64,000 bases of DNA from an uncultured Actinomycetes bacterium (GCA_963828015.1 CAWHCD010000008.1:49730-113729), one strand, 5' to 3'; counted from the first letter of the stretch, positions 35,241-46,147 are shown. Notes: generated by a model from the letters alone, not told the origin. Translations and numbers: made by a program.

Positions 35241-36983
35241 CTAGCCGCAGCTGCTTCCGCTCGTCGACACCGCCAGCGGCGTCGCGAGCGGCTGGCGCAG
35301 GATGGTCACTGGGGCATTCGCGGCCGGTTCGTGGACATGGACGACGATCGTGCGCGTCGACTGCACGGGGAGTTCCAGGTCGACGATCGCCATGGGCAAG
35401 CTGTTCTCCTGACCGAGGAAGAACTTCACCGGCTGGCCGTCGACGGTGATCGAGTCGATCGTGGCCCCAGTGCTGGCGAGATAGCTGACCAGCATGCGGT
35501 TGTCGCCGGGTTTGGACTGGGCCGCGTTGGAGTCAGAGCGATCGACGACGTAGTCGGGTAGCCCGGAGGTCGGTGCCGTGTTGTGCAGCACCATGGTGGC
35601 CGTCGAGGTACTGCCGGCCTGGCAGCCCGATCGGACATAGGACACGCTGCGCTGTAGGTAGTAGTCCAGCTTGGTCCCGGCGGAGTTGGCGACGACGAAG
35701 CCGCTGTAGGGGCCGGCCACGTTGCCGACCGTGGCGCCGTAGCCGACCGAGTCGATGAACTGTTCGGTCGCCGAATCGCTCGTCCAGATGGCCAGGCGGC
35801 GTTCGGTGGCACTACGCCCGAAGGCCGTCAGCAGCTGGCGGGTGTTGCCGCCGCTGAGCAGCTGGTCCGACAACGCCTTGGCGACCCCGACCAAATACAC
35901 CTTGCGCAGGGCGGGGTCGGGGAACAGCGCGTAGACCTGCTGCTCGGTGAGCGCCACCACGTTGTCGGCCGAGACGACCCGTCCGTCGGAAGTGGTGGCC
36001 GGGCCGGTGACCTTGAGCAGGTAGGACAGTGCCGTCGGGTCGATGGCTACTGCGCCGTCGACGTGCTCGCCCGACTTCTTCTGCCAGGCGGCGGCCCAGA
36101 TCTGCGCAGCGTAGGGGAAGTTCGGGCTGATGTCGGAGTCGGAGAAGATGTTCGTCGGATCGCTGCCGCCGTAGGCCGCGACGTAGGCCGGGGGCAGGGT
36201 GACGTCGGGGCGCAGACCGCTCAGCTCGTCGTCGGGGCCGAAGTGCTCGAAGCTCAGCGTGCCGTGGTCGGCCACCAGGATCGCGTATTGGCCGGGGATG
36301 CCGCCCAACCCGCGGGACTCGGACTCGTTCTCGAAGCCGAGGACGTAGCGTTTGGGTCCGTTCGCGCCGAGGGCGTCGGGCAGCAGGCGCAACGCAGTGG
36401 AGGCATTGGCCAGTTCGGTGTTGATCGAGGCGAGCTGGGTGAGGAAGCTGGCCCGGGCCCGGTCGATGGAGGGCAGCCAGGTGCTGTCGGGTAAGGCCTG
36501 GACCTGGCCGAGCGCCTGCCCGGCCAGGGTCGAGGCGTGGGTGATCGCGGGCTCGGACGAGCTGAGTTTGGCCAGGTTGACGCTGGTGCCGTTGCGCAGC
36601 CCGCCACCTTCGACCTCATCGGCCAGGTCGAGCACACCCGGGATCGCGCTGTTGGTCAGCACATCGGCCTGAGTGGCGAGCACGCGGGTTACGTGAACCG
36701 GTTCGCCGATCCAGGGCAGCTGGCTGGCTGCCCACCAGGCCGGCCCGCTGGTCAGGCCGTGGGCGACGCGCGCCTTGTTGGAGATGTCTCGGGTCGTGGC
36801 GCGGGCGCCGTCGAGATTGCCGGCGGAGATCTGGCTGTGCAGTGTCGGCAGGTCGTCCTTGATCGCGTTTACGCTGCTGCGCACCATCAGCGCCGTGACG
36901 ATCAGCCAGAGTGCTCCCACCCCGAGGACGAGAGCCAGTCCTATCCAGAGCAGACGGATCGGCTTGACCGCGGGAAGGCGCAC
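35241..36983 (-). CDS. DUF4012 domain-containing membrane-anchored protein
   Basis: 580 aa with an N-terminal TM (LLWIGLALVLGVGALWLIVTAL) and a large extracytoplasmic domain. The early sequence (SSVNAIKDDLPTLHSQISAGNLDGA...GPAWWAASQLPWIGEPV) matches my recollection of DUF4012 family proteins. Confidence 0.7.
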   Translation of the reverse strand: MRLPAVKPIRLLWIGLALVLGVGALWLIVTALMVRSSVNAIKDDLPTLHSQISAGNLDGARATTRDISNKARVAHGLTSGPAWWAASQLPWIGEPVHVTRVLATQADVLTNSAIPGVLDLADEVEGGGLRNGTSVNLAKLSSSEPAITHASTLAGQALGQVQALPDSTWLPSIDRARASFLTQLASINTELANASTALRLLPDALGANGPKRYVLGFENESESRGLGGIPGQYAILVADHGTLSFEHFGPDDELSGLRPDVTLPPAYVAAYGGSDPTNIFSDSDISPNFPYAAQIWAAAWQKKSGEHVDGAVAIDPTALSYLLKVTGPATTSDGRVVSADNVVALTEQQVYALFPDPALRKVYLVGVAKALSDQLLSGGNTRQLLTAFGRSATERRLAIWTSDSATEQFIDSVGYGATVGNVAGPYSGFVVANSAGTKLDYYLQRSVSYVRSGCQAGSTSTATMVLHNTAPTSGLPDYVVDRSDSNAAQSKPGDNRMLVSYLASTGATIDSITVDGQPVKFFLGQENSLPMAIVDLELPVQSTRTIVVHVHEPAANAPVTILRQPLATPLAVSTSGSSCG

Positions 36984-37006
36984 GAGCGGATCGGGTTCGG
37001 TCGGAC

Positions 37007-37345
37007 CTAGGCCGACCGGCGACGGGCGAGGTACAGCGCGGTCACGCCCAGCACGAGGAGCACGGCAGCGACGGCGAGGAACAGGGCCACGTTCGAGCCG
37101 GTGCTGGCCAGGGCCTTGGTGACCAGGTTGCTGCTACCAGAACCCGCTCCCGTGCTCGGATCGACGGAACTGCCGCCGGAACCCGCCTGCTGTGGCGGCG
37201 GCGGTGGGTAGTCAGAAACGGCCTGCGCGTAGGCGGAAGGTAACGCGACCAGGAAGGTAATTACTGTCCCAGCGAGCGCGACTACCGCGGCGATCAAGGC
37301 ATTACGACGTAGGCCGCGAGCACGCACAGTGATATCAGATTCCAT
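37007..37345 (-). CDS. small secreted Pro/Gly/Ser-rich protein with LAXTG cell-wall sorting signal
   Basis: 112 aa. N-terminal signal/TM ending AYA, then PPPPPQQAGSGGSS, and a C-terminal LASTG + hydrophobic helix + RRRSA tail (class E sortase-type signal). Confidence 0.7.
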   Translation of the reverse strand: MESDITVRARGLRRNALIAAVVALAGTVITFLVALPSAYAQAVSDYPPPPPQQAGSGGSSVDPSTGAGSGSSNLVTKALASTGSNVALFLAVAAVLLVLGVTALYLARRRSA

Positions 37346-37349
37346 TTCA

Positions 37350-37363
37350 ATCTCCCCCGAGAT
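37350..37363 (-). promoter_or_regulatory. GGGG-loop hairpin/SD element upstream of the LAXTG protein gene
   Basis: The minus strand reads ATCTC-GGGG-GAGAT-tgaa-ATG. 5-bp arms, with the G run placed as the SD 8 nt before the start. Confidence 0.45.
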
Positions 37364-37547
37364 AGCCGGTTTTCGTGGCGGCTAACAGGAACTATACCTG
37401 ATCATGACCAGGTTGGGCTAGATCGTGCGGGGATGAGCCGATGAGCGGCCTCGCTGCTTCGGCGCTCAGGTCGGCATGACATTCTGGTATCGCACAGCGT
37501 CGTGCTGTTGCCTGCACCGTCCCGTCCGAACCAGGAGATGCGCCAGC

Positions 37548-38135
37548 GTGAGAGCCCGTACCCGCGCCGTGGCAGTACTGGCTGCCGTCGCGGCGCTGAC
37601 GGTGAGCCTGTCGGCTTGCCAGATCAAAGCCGGCCAGGCCGCCTTCGTCGACAAGACGTCGATCAGCGAGACCGACGTGGCCTCCTACGTGAAGGTCGAT
37701 GCGCCGCCCCCCACGGCGGGAAACCCGGGCGCGAAGGCGATCGTGGTGGAGCAGCTCGTCCAGCGCGAGGTGCTCGACAAACTGGCCGACACGTTGGGCA
37801 GCGTCCCGACCGACTCCGAGCTCGCCGGGTTGCACGACAGCGTGCTGTCCACCCTGTTCCAGACCACCGTCTCTGGAGAGGCCGCCAACGCCCAGCTGGT
37901 CGTTGCCCTGAACAAGGCCGGCATCAAGGCCAGCTTTGCGCCCATCTACATCCGCAACGCCGAGCTGTCCTCGGCCATCTCCTCCTTCCTGCAGAACGCG
38001 TCCACCGACGTGAAGAACCAGGTTCAGGCCGAGGTCTCGAAGATCGACGTGCGCATCAACCCGCGGTACGGAACGTGGGACAAGGACAATCTGGCCGTCG
38101 ACACCTACACCCCCAGCTGGTTGAAGTCGGCCTGA
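37548..38135 (+). CDS. lipoprotein, SurA N-terminal-domain-like
   Basis: 195 aa from GTG 37548 (AGGAG 10 nt upstream). Signal VRARTRAVAVLAAVAALTVSLSAC with a lipobox. The overlapping 213-aa Arg-rich ORF in another frame is rejected. Confidence 0.7.
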   Translation: MRARTRAVAVLAAVAALTVSLSACQIKAGQAAFVDKTSISETDVASYVKVDAPPPTAGNPGAKAIVVEQLVQREVLDKLADTLGSVPTDSELAGLHDSVLSTLFQTTVSGEAANAQLVVALNKAGIKASFAPIYIRNAELSSAISSFLQNASTDVKNQVQAEVSKIDVRINPRYGTWDKDNLAVDTYTPSWLKSA

Positions 38136-38142
38136 GCCGCTG

Positions 38143-38787
38143 ATGTCCTCGTTGCAGCGCGCCGTCGAGGTGATGGACCAGCTGCGCTCACCCGGCGGCT
38201 GCCCGTGGGATGCAGCGCAGACGCACGAGTCGCTGGCGCCCTACCTGCTCGAAGAGACGTACGAGACGCTCGAGGCGATCGAAACCAACGATGCCGCGCT
38301 GCTGCGCGAGGAACTCGGCGATCTGCTGCTGCAGGTGCTCTTTCACGCGCGACTGGCGCAGGAGCAGGCTGACGGCTTCTCGATCGAAGAGGTGGCCGGC
38401 GATCTGGTCGACAAGCTGACCCGCCGCCATCCGCACGTGTTCGGCGACGCTGCCGGTCGGGGCGCAGCGAGCAGCCCGGCGCAGGTGAACGAGAGCTGGG
38501 AGCAGCTCAAGGCGGCGGAGAAGTCCCGCACCTCGGTCGTCGACGGCGTGCCACTGGCCCAGCCGGCCTTGGCCCTGGCCGCGAAGTTGGTCGCGCGCAG
38601 CGAGCGGGCCGGGCTGAACGTTGATGCACCGCTCGAGGTGGGTGAGGGCGAGGACATCGGTCGACGCTTGCTCGCGGTCGTTCGCGACGCGGTCGCGCTC
38701 GGTGTGGACCCCGAAGCCGCCCTGCGCCGAAGCACCTATTCGATGCGGGAAGCCATCCTGGCCGCCGAAGCGGCGACCCGCGCCTGA
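38143..38787 (+). CDS. mazG: nucleoside triphosphate pyrophosphohydrolase MazG
   Basis: 214 aa. CPWDAAQTHESLAPYLLEETYETLEAIE...ELGDLLLQVLFHARLA is the MazG EEXX(E/D) core. mfd-mazG-eno synteny as in M. tuberculosis. Confidence 0.9.
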   Translation: MSSLQRAVEVMDQLRSPGGCPWDAAQTHESLAPYLLEETYETLEAIETNDAALLREELGDLLLQVLFHARLAQEQADGFSIEEVAGDLVDKLTRRHPHVFGDAAGRGAASSPAQVNESWEQLKAAEKSRTSVVDGVPLAQPALALAAKLVARSERAGLNVDAPLEVGEGEDIGRRLLAVVRDAVALGVDPEAALRRSTYSMREAILAAEAATRA

Positions 38788-38809
38788 ACGATCGGTGACG
38801 TTTTCTCGC

Positions 38810-38928
38810 CGAGTGGGCGCCAACGCGCTGAGTGGGCGCCTCCTCGCGACCACTCGGACGGTTCGCGCCCACTCGCGGGAAAGGGGTGGGGTGGCCCGCG
38901 CCTGATCGGCGGGGCGTCCCGAGTGGTT
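38810..38928. repeat. cluster of direct and inverted CGAGTGG(G/T)CGC repeats in the mazG-eno spacer
   Basis: gagtgggcgcc at 38811 and 38830, cgagtggt at about 38920, and inverted copies gaccactcgg (38849-38858) and gcgcccactc (38865-38874). Confidence 0.6.
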
Positions 38929-38944
38929 GACGGCCCGCGGTTAG

Positions 38945-40670
<1,726 letters not shown>

Positions 40671-40674
<4 letters not shown>

Positions 40675-41159
40675 GCGCCGAGCTCGATCCGGCTGACCGC
40701 GACGCGGTGGGACGACAGTTGGGCCGGCCCCCCCGCGCGATCCGAGCGGTGGCCCATCGCTGCCCGTGCGGCAATCCTGATGTCGTCGAGACCTCGCCGC
40801 GCCTGCCCGACGGCACTCCGTTCCCGACGCTGTACTACCTGACCTGCCCTCGCGCGGCGTCGGCGATCGGCACGTTGGAGTCCAGTGGCCTGATGAGCCA
40901 GATGACCGACCGGCTGCGTACCGATCCGGCGTTGGCCTGCGCCTACCGGCAGGCGCATGAGTCCTACCTCGCCCGCCGCGAGCAGATCGCCTCGGTCGCC
41001 GAGATCGAGGGCATCAGCGCCGGTGGCATGCCCAATCGGGTCAAGTGCCTGCACGTGTTGGTCGGGCATGCCCTTGCTGCCGGCCCGGGCGTGAACCCGC
41101 TCGGCGATGAAGCGCTGGGCTTGCTCGCGCCGTGGTGGACGGTCGGCCCATGCGCGTAG
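40671..41159 (+). CDS. DUF501 domain-containing protein
   Basis: 162 aa. CPCGNPDVVETSPRLPDGTPFPTLYYLTCPR...GGMPNRVKCLHVLVGHALA. Syntenic with Rv1025. Confidence 0.8.
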
Positions 41160-42052
41160 CCGGAATCGACTGCGGGACGAACTCGATCCGGCTGCTGATC
41201 ACCGACGGCGGCCTCGACGTCGTGCGCGAGATGCGGATCGTGCGGCTCGGCCAAGACGTCGACCGCACCGGCCGGTTGGCCCCCGAAGCGATCGAGCGCA
41301 CGCGCGTGGCCCTGGCCGCCTACGTCGAGCAGATCCGGGCCCACGACGTCCAAGCCGTGCGCATGGTCGCCACCAGCGCGACCCGCGATGCCACCAACCG
41401 GGCCGACTTCGTTGCGATGGTCACCGGGTTGCTCGGCATTGCGCCCGAGGTCATCACCGGCGAGGAGGAGGCGGCGCTGTCCTTCGACGGGGCGGTGCGC
41501 AGCCTGCCCGGGATCACCGGCTCGGTCCTGGTCGCCGACATCGGCGGGGGCTCGAGCGAACTCGTCGTCGGGTCGCTGGCCGACGGCGTGATCGGCGCCC
41601 GCAGCCTGGACGTCGGCTGCGTCCGGATGACCGAGCGCCACCTGCTCGACGACCCGCCGAGCCCGGCCCAGATCGCCGCGGTCGAGCACGACGTCCGGGC
41701 CGCGTTCACCCAGGCGCGCGAGTTTGTGCCGGTGGAGCAAGCAAAATCCTTCATCGGCGTGGCCGGAACGGTGACGACAGTGGTGGCTCTGGCCCTCGGT
41801 CTGAGCAGCTACCAGGCTGACGTGATCCACGGGTCGAGTGCGACCTACGCCCAGGTCGACGAGGTCACCGAACGGCTCGTGGTGATGAGCAGCGCGCAGC
41901 GCGCGACGCTGCCCGTCATGCATCCCGGGCGCGCCGACGTGATCGCCGGGGGAGCGCTGGTGCTCCGCACGCTGATGACGGAGGCGGGTGCGACATCCGT
42001 GACCGCGAGCGAGCACGACATCCTCGACGGGATCGCGGCCAGCATCAGCTAG
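41150..42052 (+). CDS. ppx: Ppx/GppA family exopolyphosphatase
   Basis: [26 protein letters not shown] and [11 protein letters not shown] are ASKHA-fold motifs. An alternative GTG start at 41132 is possible. Confidence 0.85.
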   Translation: MRVAGIDCGTNSIRLLITDGGLDVVREMRIVRLGQDVDRTGRLAPEAIERTRVALAAYVEQIRAHDVQAVRMVATSATRDATNRADFVAMVTGLLGIAPEVITGEEEAALSFDGAVRSLPGITGSVLVADIGGGSSELVVGSLADGVIGARSLDVGCVRMTERHLLDDPPSPAQIAAVEHDVRAAFTQAREFVPVEQAKSFIGVAGTVTTVVALALGLSSYQADVIHGSSATYAQVDEVTERLVVMSSAQRATLPVMHPGRADVIAGGALVLRTLMTEAGATSVTASEHDILDGIAASIS

Positions 42053-42056
42053 CGCC

Positions 42057-42332
42057 CTAGACCGGTGGCTCGCTGCCGAGCATCCGGCGATAGATGCGCC
42101 GCGCGCCCTGGTTGCGGGCCAGCTGGCCGACCGCGAGCGCCGCGGCGGAGAACCCGGCGTAGGTGATTGCGGTAGTCCAAAGGACCTGCGGATCATTCGG
42201 TCGCCGGGCCGGGTTGCCGGCGTGTGTGGCCCGCCAGCTTCGCTCGATACCCTGGCGCACGGCGATGCCCACTGGAATACCCACGGCCAGCCGCACGACC
42301 TTGAAGACCAGCTTTCCCCCCAGATCGCTCAT
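42057..42332 (-). CDS. DUF4235 domain-containing small membrane protein
   Basis: 91 aa, [34 protein letters not shown]... Family assignment is from memory. Confidence 0.6.
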   Translation of the reverse strand: MSDLGGKLVFKVVRLAVGIPVGIAVRQGIERSWRATHAGNPARRPNDPQVLWTTAITYAGFSAAALAVGQLARNQGARRIYRRMLGSEPPV

Positions 42333-42362
42333 GTATCACTTATACCCGAGTTGGGCGGATTT

Positions 42363-43088
42363 GTGCAGCCTGATCAGTCAGCCGAGACCGGCGCGGCCGG
42401 TCTTTCCAGCCTGAGCGAGCTCAACGAGGGCATTGCCGGCTGCCGAGCCTGCCCACGGCTCGTGGCCTGGCGGGAGCAGGTGGCGATCGAGAAACGGCGC
42501 AGCTTCGCCCACCAGACGTATTGGGGACGCGCGGTGCCCAGCTTCGGTTCCGACCGCCCGGGCATCCTGATCCTCGGGCTGGCGCCCGCTGCGCACGGGG
42601 CGAACCGCACCGGCCGGATGTTCACCGGTGACCGTTCCGGCGACTGGCTCTACGCCGCGCTCCATCGTTGCGGCCTGGCCAGTCAGCCGAACTCGGTGTC
42701 CCGCGATGACGGGATGCGGCTGGACGCAGTCCGCATCACCGCCGCTGTGCACTGCGCGCCGCCGGACAACAAGCCGACGACCGAGGAACGCGACACCTGT
42801 CGCTCGTGGCTCGTCCGTGAGCTCGACCTGGTCTGGCCCTCGGTGCGTGCCATCGTCGTCCTCGGCGGATTCGGCTGGGCCGCACTCTGGCCGGCGCTAC
42901 GGTCTGCCGGTCACGTGTTGCCGCGTATCCCGTCCTTCGGGCACGGTGTGGAAGTCGCCCTGCCCGATGCGCGAACGGTCATCGGGTGCTACCACGTCAG
43001 CCAGCAGAACACGTTCACCGGACGGTTGACCGAGCCGATGCTCGACGCCGTGCTCACCCGTGCGGCCGCTATCGCCGACCTACGTTGA
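42363..43088 (+). CDS. uracil-DNA glycosylase, family 5 (UdgB-like)
   Basis: About 241 aa from GTG 42363. [12 protein letters not shown] (4Fe-4S Cys), [23 protein letters not shown], and [12 protein letters not shown] near the C-terminus. Confidence 0.8.
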   Translation: MQPDQSAETGAAGLSSLSELNEGIAGCRACPRLVAWREQVAIEKRRSFAHQTYWGRAVPSFGSDRPGILILGLAPAAHGANRTGRMFTGDRSGDWLYAALHRCGLASQPNSVSRDDGMRLDAVRITAAVHCAPPDNKPTTEERDTCRSWLVRELDLVWPSVRAIVVLGGFGWAALWPALRSAGHVLPRIPSFGHGVEVALPDARTVIGCYHVSQQNTFTGRLTEPMLDAVLTRAAAIADLR

Positions 43089-43157
43089 TCTGGTTGCTCG
43101 CATTGAAGTAGCTGTGAAAGCATGATCCTTCTCGAACCCGACGATAGGGATGCATCG

Positions 43158-43577
43158 ATGACCGAGTCGACGATCGTGCCCAGCCCGGCGCCGAGAAATA
43201 GCGGCCCTATTGGTCAACACCGCGGGATCGGCATCTCCATCCTGCTGGCCATCGTGACCCTGGGCATCTACTGCTTCGTCTGGGTGTGGAAGACGCAGGC
43301 CGAGATTCAGCGCCGATCCGGTCAGGGTGTTGGCGGCCCAATCGGCTTTATCATCTATTTCTTCGTGTCGATCGTCACCTTCTACCTCGTGCCCTACGAG
43401 GTGCGAAAGATGATCGAGCAGGACGGCGGCACGAGCCGGGTCAGCGGGGTCACCGGTTGGTGGTGGCTGCTGCCGATCGCCGGGCCGATCATCTGGTTCG
43501 TCAAGGTGCAGGGCCAGCTCAACGACTACTGGCAATCCGTTGCGCCAGCGGCGCCAGCCGCCGTCGCCCAGGCCTGA
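43158..43577 (+). CDS. DUF4234 domain-containing membrane protein
   Basis: 139 aa from ATG 43158, with IVTLGIYCFVWVWKTQAEI typical of DUF4234. Confidence 0.6.
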   Translation: MTESTIVPSPAPRNSGPIGQHRGIGISILLAIVTLGIYCFVWVWKTQAEIQRRSGQGVGGPIGFIIYFFVSIVTFYLVPYEVRKMIEQDGGTSRVSGVTGWWWLLPIAGPIIWFVKVQGQLNDYWQSVAPAAPAAVAQA

Positions 43578-43603
43578 GCCGCGGGGCGCGCTAGCGTCGA
43601 AGG

Positions 43604-44938
43604 ATGAGCTCACTGCAGAGTCCGGTCCGGATCGTGATCGTCGGCGGTGGCTACGTCGGCATGTACACCGCTCTGGGCCTGCAGCGGAAGCTGTCCCGTG
43701 GCCGGGCCGAGATCACGATCATCGACCCGCAGCCGCACATGACCTATCAGCCGTTCCTGCCCGAGGCGGCGGCCGGCAGCGTCGAGCCGCGCCACGTCGT
43801 GGTGCCACTGCGCCGGGTGCTCAAGCACTGCCGGGTGATCACCGCGACCGTCTCGGGGATCTCGCACGCCGACAAGACCGTCACGGCGATCCCGGCTGAG
43901 GGCCTGCAGATCGAGCTGGCCTACGACCTGCTCGTCGTCTGCCCGGGATCGGTCTCCCGGCTGCTGCCGATACCGGGGCTGGCCCAACAGGGCATCGGTT
44001 TCAAGTCGATCGGCGAGGCGATCTATCTGCGCAATCACGTGCTGGCCCGTCTCGACCTGGCCAGTTCCATCGAAGACGTGGAGCGCCGCCGCAAGGCGCT
44101 GTCCTTCGTCTTCATCGGAGGCGGCTACGCCGGGGTCGAGGCGTTGGCCGAGTTGCAGGACATGGCCCGCTACGCGACGCGCTACTACGACTCGATCGGC
44201 GTCGATGACATGCGGTGGGTGCTGGTGGAGGCAGCCGACCGGATCATGCCCGAGGTGTCGGTGGGCCTGGGGGCCTACACCGTCGACCGCCTGGTCGAGC
44301 GCAAGATCGACGTGCGCCTGAATACCCGGATCGAATCGGTGCTCGACGGCCACGTAGTCCTGTCCGACGGCACCGAGTTCGACGCCGAGACGATCGTCTG
44401 GACGGCCGGCGTCAAGGCCAATCCGATGCTGGCCGAGACCGACTTCGAACTCGACGACAAGGGTCGGCTGCCCTGCAACGTGACCCTGACCGTGCGGGGC
44501 GTGGACGGGGTGTTCGCGGCCGGGGACTGCGCGGCCGTACCGGACCTGACCAAGCCGGGTTCGCTCACCAGTCCGTCGGCCCAGCACGCCGTTCGGCAGG
44601 CCAAGGTGCTGGCCCGCAACGTCATTGCCACCGTCAAGGGCGCCGAACTGCACCCCTACGAGCACAAATACGTCGGCTCGGTGGCCTCGCTCGGGCTCTA
44701 CCGCGGCGTGGCCGAGCTGTACGGCGTGAAAGTGCGCGGCCCGCTGGCCTGGTTCATTCACCGCACCTACCACGTCTCGCGGATGCCGACCTTCAATCGC
44801 AAGGTGCGGGTACTGGCTGACTGGACGGAGGCGCTGTTCTTCAAGCGTGAGGTGGTGTCGCTGGGACAACTGCAGGAACCGCACAGTGAGTTCCAGTTGG
44901 CCGCCGGCGAAGGTCCCGAACCACCGGCAACCGCCTAG
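43604..44938 (+). CDS. ndh: type II NADH dehydrogenase / NAD(P)/FAD-dependent oxidoreductase
   Basis: 444 aa. Two Rossmann GxGxxG motifs (VIVGGGYVGMY, FIGGGYAGVE) and GDCAAVP near the C-terminus. Confidence 0.88.
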   Translation: MSSLQSPVRIVIVGGGYVGMYTALGLQRKLSRGRAEITIIDPQPHMTYQPFLPEAAAGSVEPRHVVVPLRRVLKHCRVITATVSGISHADKTVTAIPAEGLQIELAYDLLVVCPGSVSRLLPIPGLAQQGIGFKSIGEAIYLRNHVLARLDLASSIEDVERRRKALSFVFIGGGYAGVEALAELQDMARYATRYYDSIGVDDMRWVLVEAADRIMPEVSVGLGAYTVDRLVERKIDVRLNTRIESVLDGHVVLSDGTEFDAETIVWTAGVKANPMLAETDFELDDKGRLPCNVTLTVRGVDGVFAAGDCAAVPDLTKPGSLTSPSAQHAVRQAKVLARNVIATVKGAELHPYEHKYVGSVASLGLYRGVAELYGVKVRGPLAWFIHRTYHVSRMPTFNRKVRVLADWTEALFFKREVVSLGQLQEPHSEFQLAAGEGPEPPATA

Positions 44939-44960
44939 CTCGGCTCACCGCGCGGCGTGG

Positions 44961-45036
44961 TGGTACCCCCGGTCGGATTCGAACCGACACTGGGACCCTT
45001 TTAAGGGGTCTGCCTCTGCCATTGGGCTACGGGGGC
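44961..45036 (-). tRNA. 76-nt class-I tRNA with encoded CCA; hand-folded anticodon UAA (nominally Leu) but no long variable arm
   Basis: The reverse complement is GCCCCCG-TA-GCCC-AATGGCAG-AGGC-A-GACCC-CTTAAAA-GGGTC-CCAGT-GTCGG-TTCGAAT-CCGAC-CGGGGGT-A-CCA. All four arms are canonical. U33 and A37 bracket U34-A35-A36. Confidence 0.85.
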
Positions 45037-45052
45037 AGGCCGCTGGCGCGGG

Positions 45053-45229
45053 CTAGCCGCCGCTCTTGCGCCGGAAGGTGCGCTTGCCGCCCGCGGCGCC
45101 GTGCTCACCGTGGATCTTGGAGCCGTCACGATCGGACTGCCCGGCCGCTCGGTCGGCCTGCTGCCCGCGCTTGCGCTCTAAGGCCGCGCGGTATTTGTCC
45201 TTGACGTCGTCGGGCTGCTGCTCGCTCAT
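45053..45229 (-). CDS. small basic protein (DUF5302-like)
   Basis: 58 aa from ATG 45229, [23 protein letters not shown]...[12 protein letters not shown]. Family assignment is from memory. Confidence 0.55.
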   Translation of the reverse strand: MSEQQPDDVKDKYRAALERKRGQQADRAAGQSDRDGSKIHGEHGAAGGKRTFRRKSGG

Positions 45230-45277
45230 GACTCCAGCGTGGCACACGCCGGCTGCGCGCGAGACAACCCGGTCGGA

Positions 45278-46147
45278 CTAGACGTCCTTGACGATGTAGC
45301 GGGTCGGGATCCACGCCTGTGATTCCATTGGCGGCCGCTGATAGTCGCGCTGCTGACGAGGGGGCAGCTCGATGTCGGAGTGCGGCAGGTCGCCGTAGGG
45401 CACCATGCTCAGCAGGTGGCTGATCACGTTGAGCCGGGCCGCCTTCTTGTCGTTGGCGTCGACCACGTGCCAGGGCGCTTCCTTGATGTCGGTGTAGGCG
45501 AACATCTGGTCCTTGGCCTCGGCGTAGTCGACCCACCGAGCCCGGGCCTGCAGGTCCATCGGGCTCAACTTCCACCGCTTGGCCGGGTTGTGGATGCGCT
45601 CGATGAAGCGCTTCTCCTGCTCCTCATCGCTGAGCGAGAGCCAGTACTTGATCAGGATGATCCCGTCGCGTACGAGGGCGCGCTCGACCTGCGGGCAGGT
45701 GCGCAGGAACTCCTCGTACTGCTCGTCTGTGCAAAAGCCCATGACCCGCTCGACGCCGGCCCGGTTGTACCAGCTGCGGTCGAACATCACGATCTCGCCG
45801 CCGGCGGGCAGCTGCGCGATGTAACGCTGGAAGTACCACTGCGTCTTCTCTTTCTCCGACGCGGTGCCCAACGCGACGACGCGGAAGTTGCGGGCACTGA
45901 GCCGCTCAATGATCCGCTTGATCGTCCCGCCCTTGCCGGCGGTGTCGCGGCCTTCGAAGATGATCATTACGCGCAGGCCGTTCTGGATGATCCACTCTTG
46001 CATGCGGACCAGCTCGGTCTGCAGCCGCTCCAGTTCCTTCTCGTACTTGTCCTTGGGGATCACCTTCGGCGTCGACCCGTCCGACGCGAGTATCTCCTGG
46101 ACCTTCTTGTGGTCCTTGTGGGTCTTCGGCGCGTCGGTTTTGGTCAT
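45278..46147 (-). CDS. ppk2: polyphosphate kinase 2
   Basis: 289 aa from ATG 46147. IIFEGRDTAGKGGTIKRI (Walker A), FDRSWYNRAGVERVMGF, and WKLSPMDL lid motifs. Confidence 0.9.
   Translation of the reverse strand: MTKTDAPKTHKDHKKVQEILASDGSTPKVIPKDKYEKELERLQTELVRMQEWIIQNGLRVMIIFEGRDTAGKGGTIKRIIERLSARNFRVVALGTASEKEKTQWYFQRYIAQLPAGGEIVMFDRSWYNRAGVERVMGFCTDEQYEEFLRTCPQVERALVRDGIILIKYWLSLSDEEQEKRFIERIHNPAKRWKLSPMDLQARARWVDYAEAKDQMFAYTDIKEAPWHVVDANDKKAARLNVISHLLSMVPYGDLPHSDIELPPRQQRDYQRPPMESQAWIPTRYIVKDV

Noticed and set aside
37502-38143. 213-aa ORF in an alternative frame over the SurA-like lipoprotein gene
   Set aside because: Its product is Arg-rich and low-complexity. The other frame gives a clean lipoprotein signal peptide with a lipobox and a sensible domain.
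44940-45060. The tRNA as an integration site for a genomic island or prophage
   Set aside because: There is no integrase, excisionase or phage-like gene on either side. I did not find a direct repeat of the tRNA 3' end elsewhere in the window. The neighbouring genes (ndh, ppk2) are ordinary core genes.
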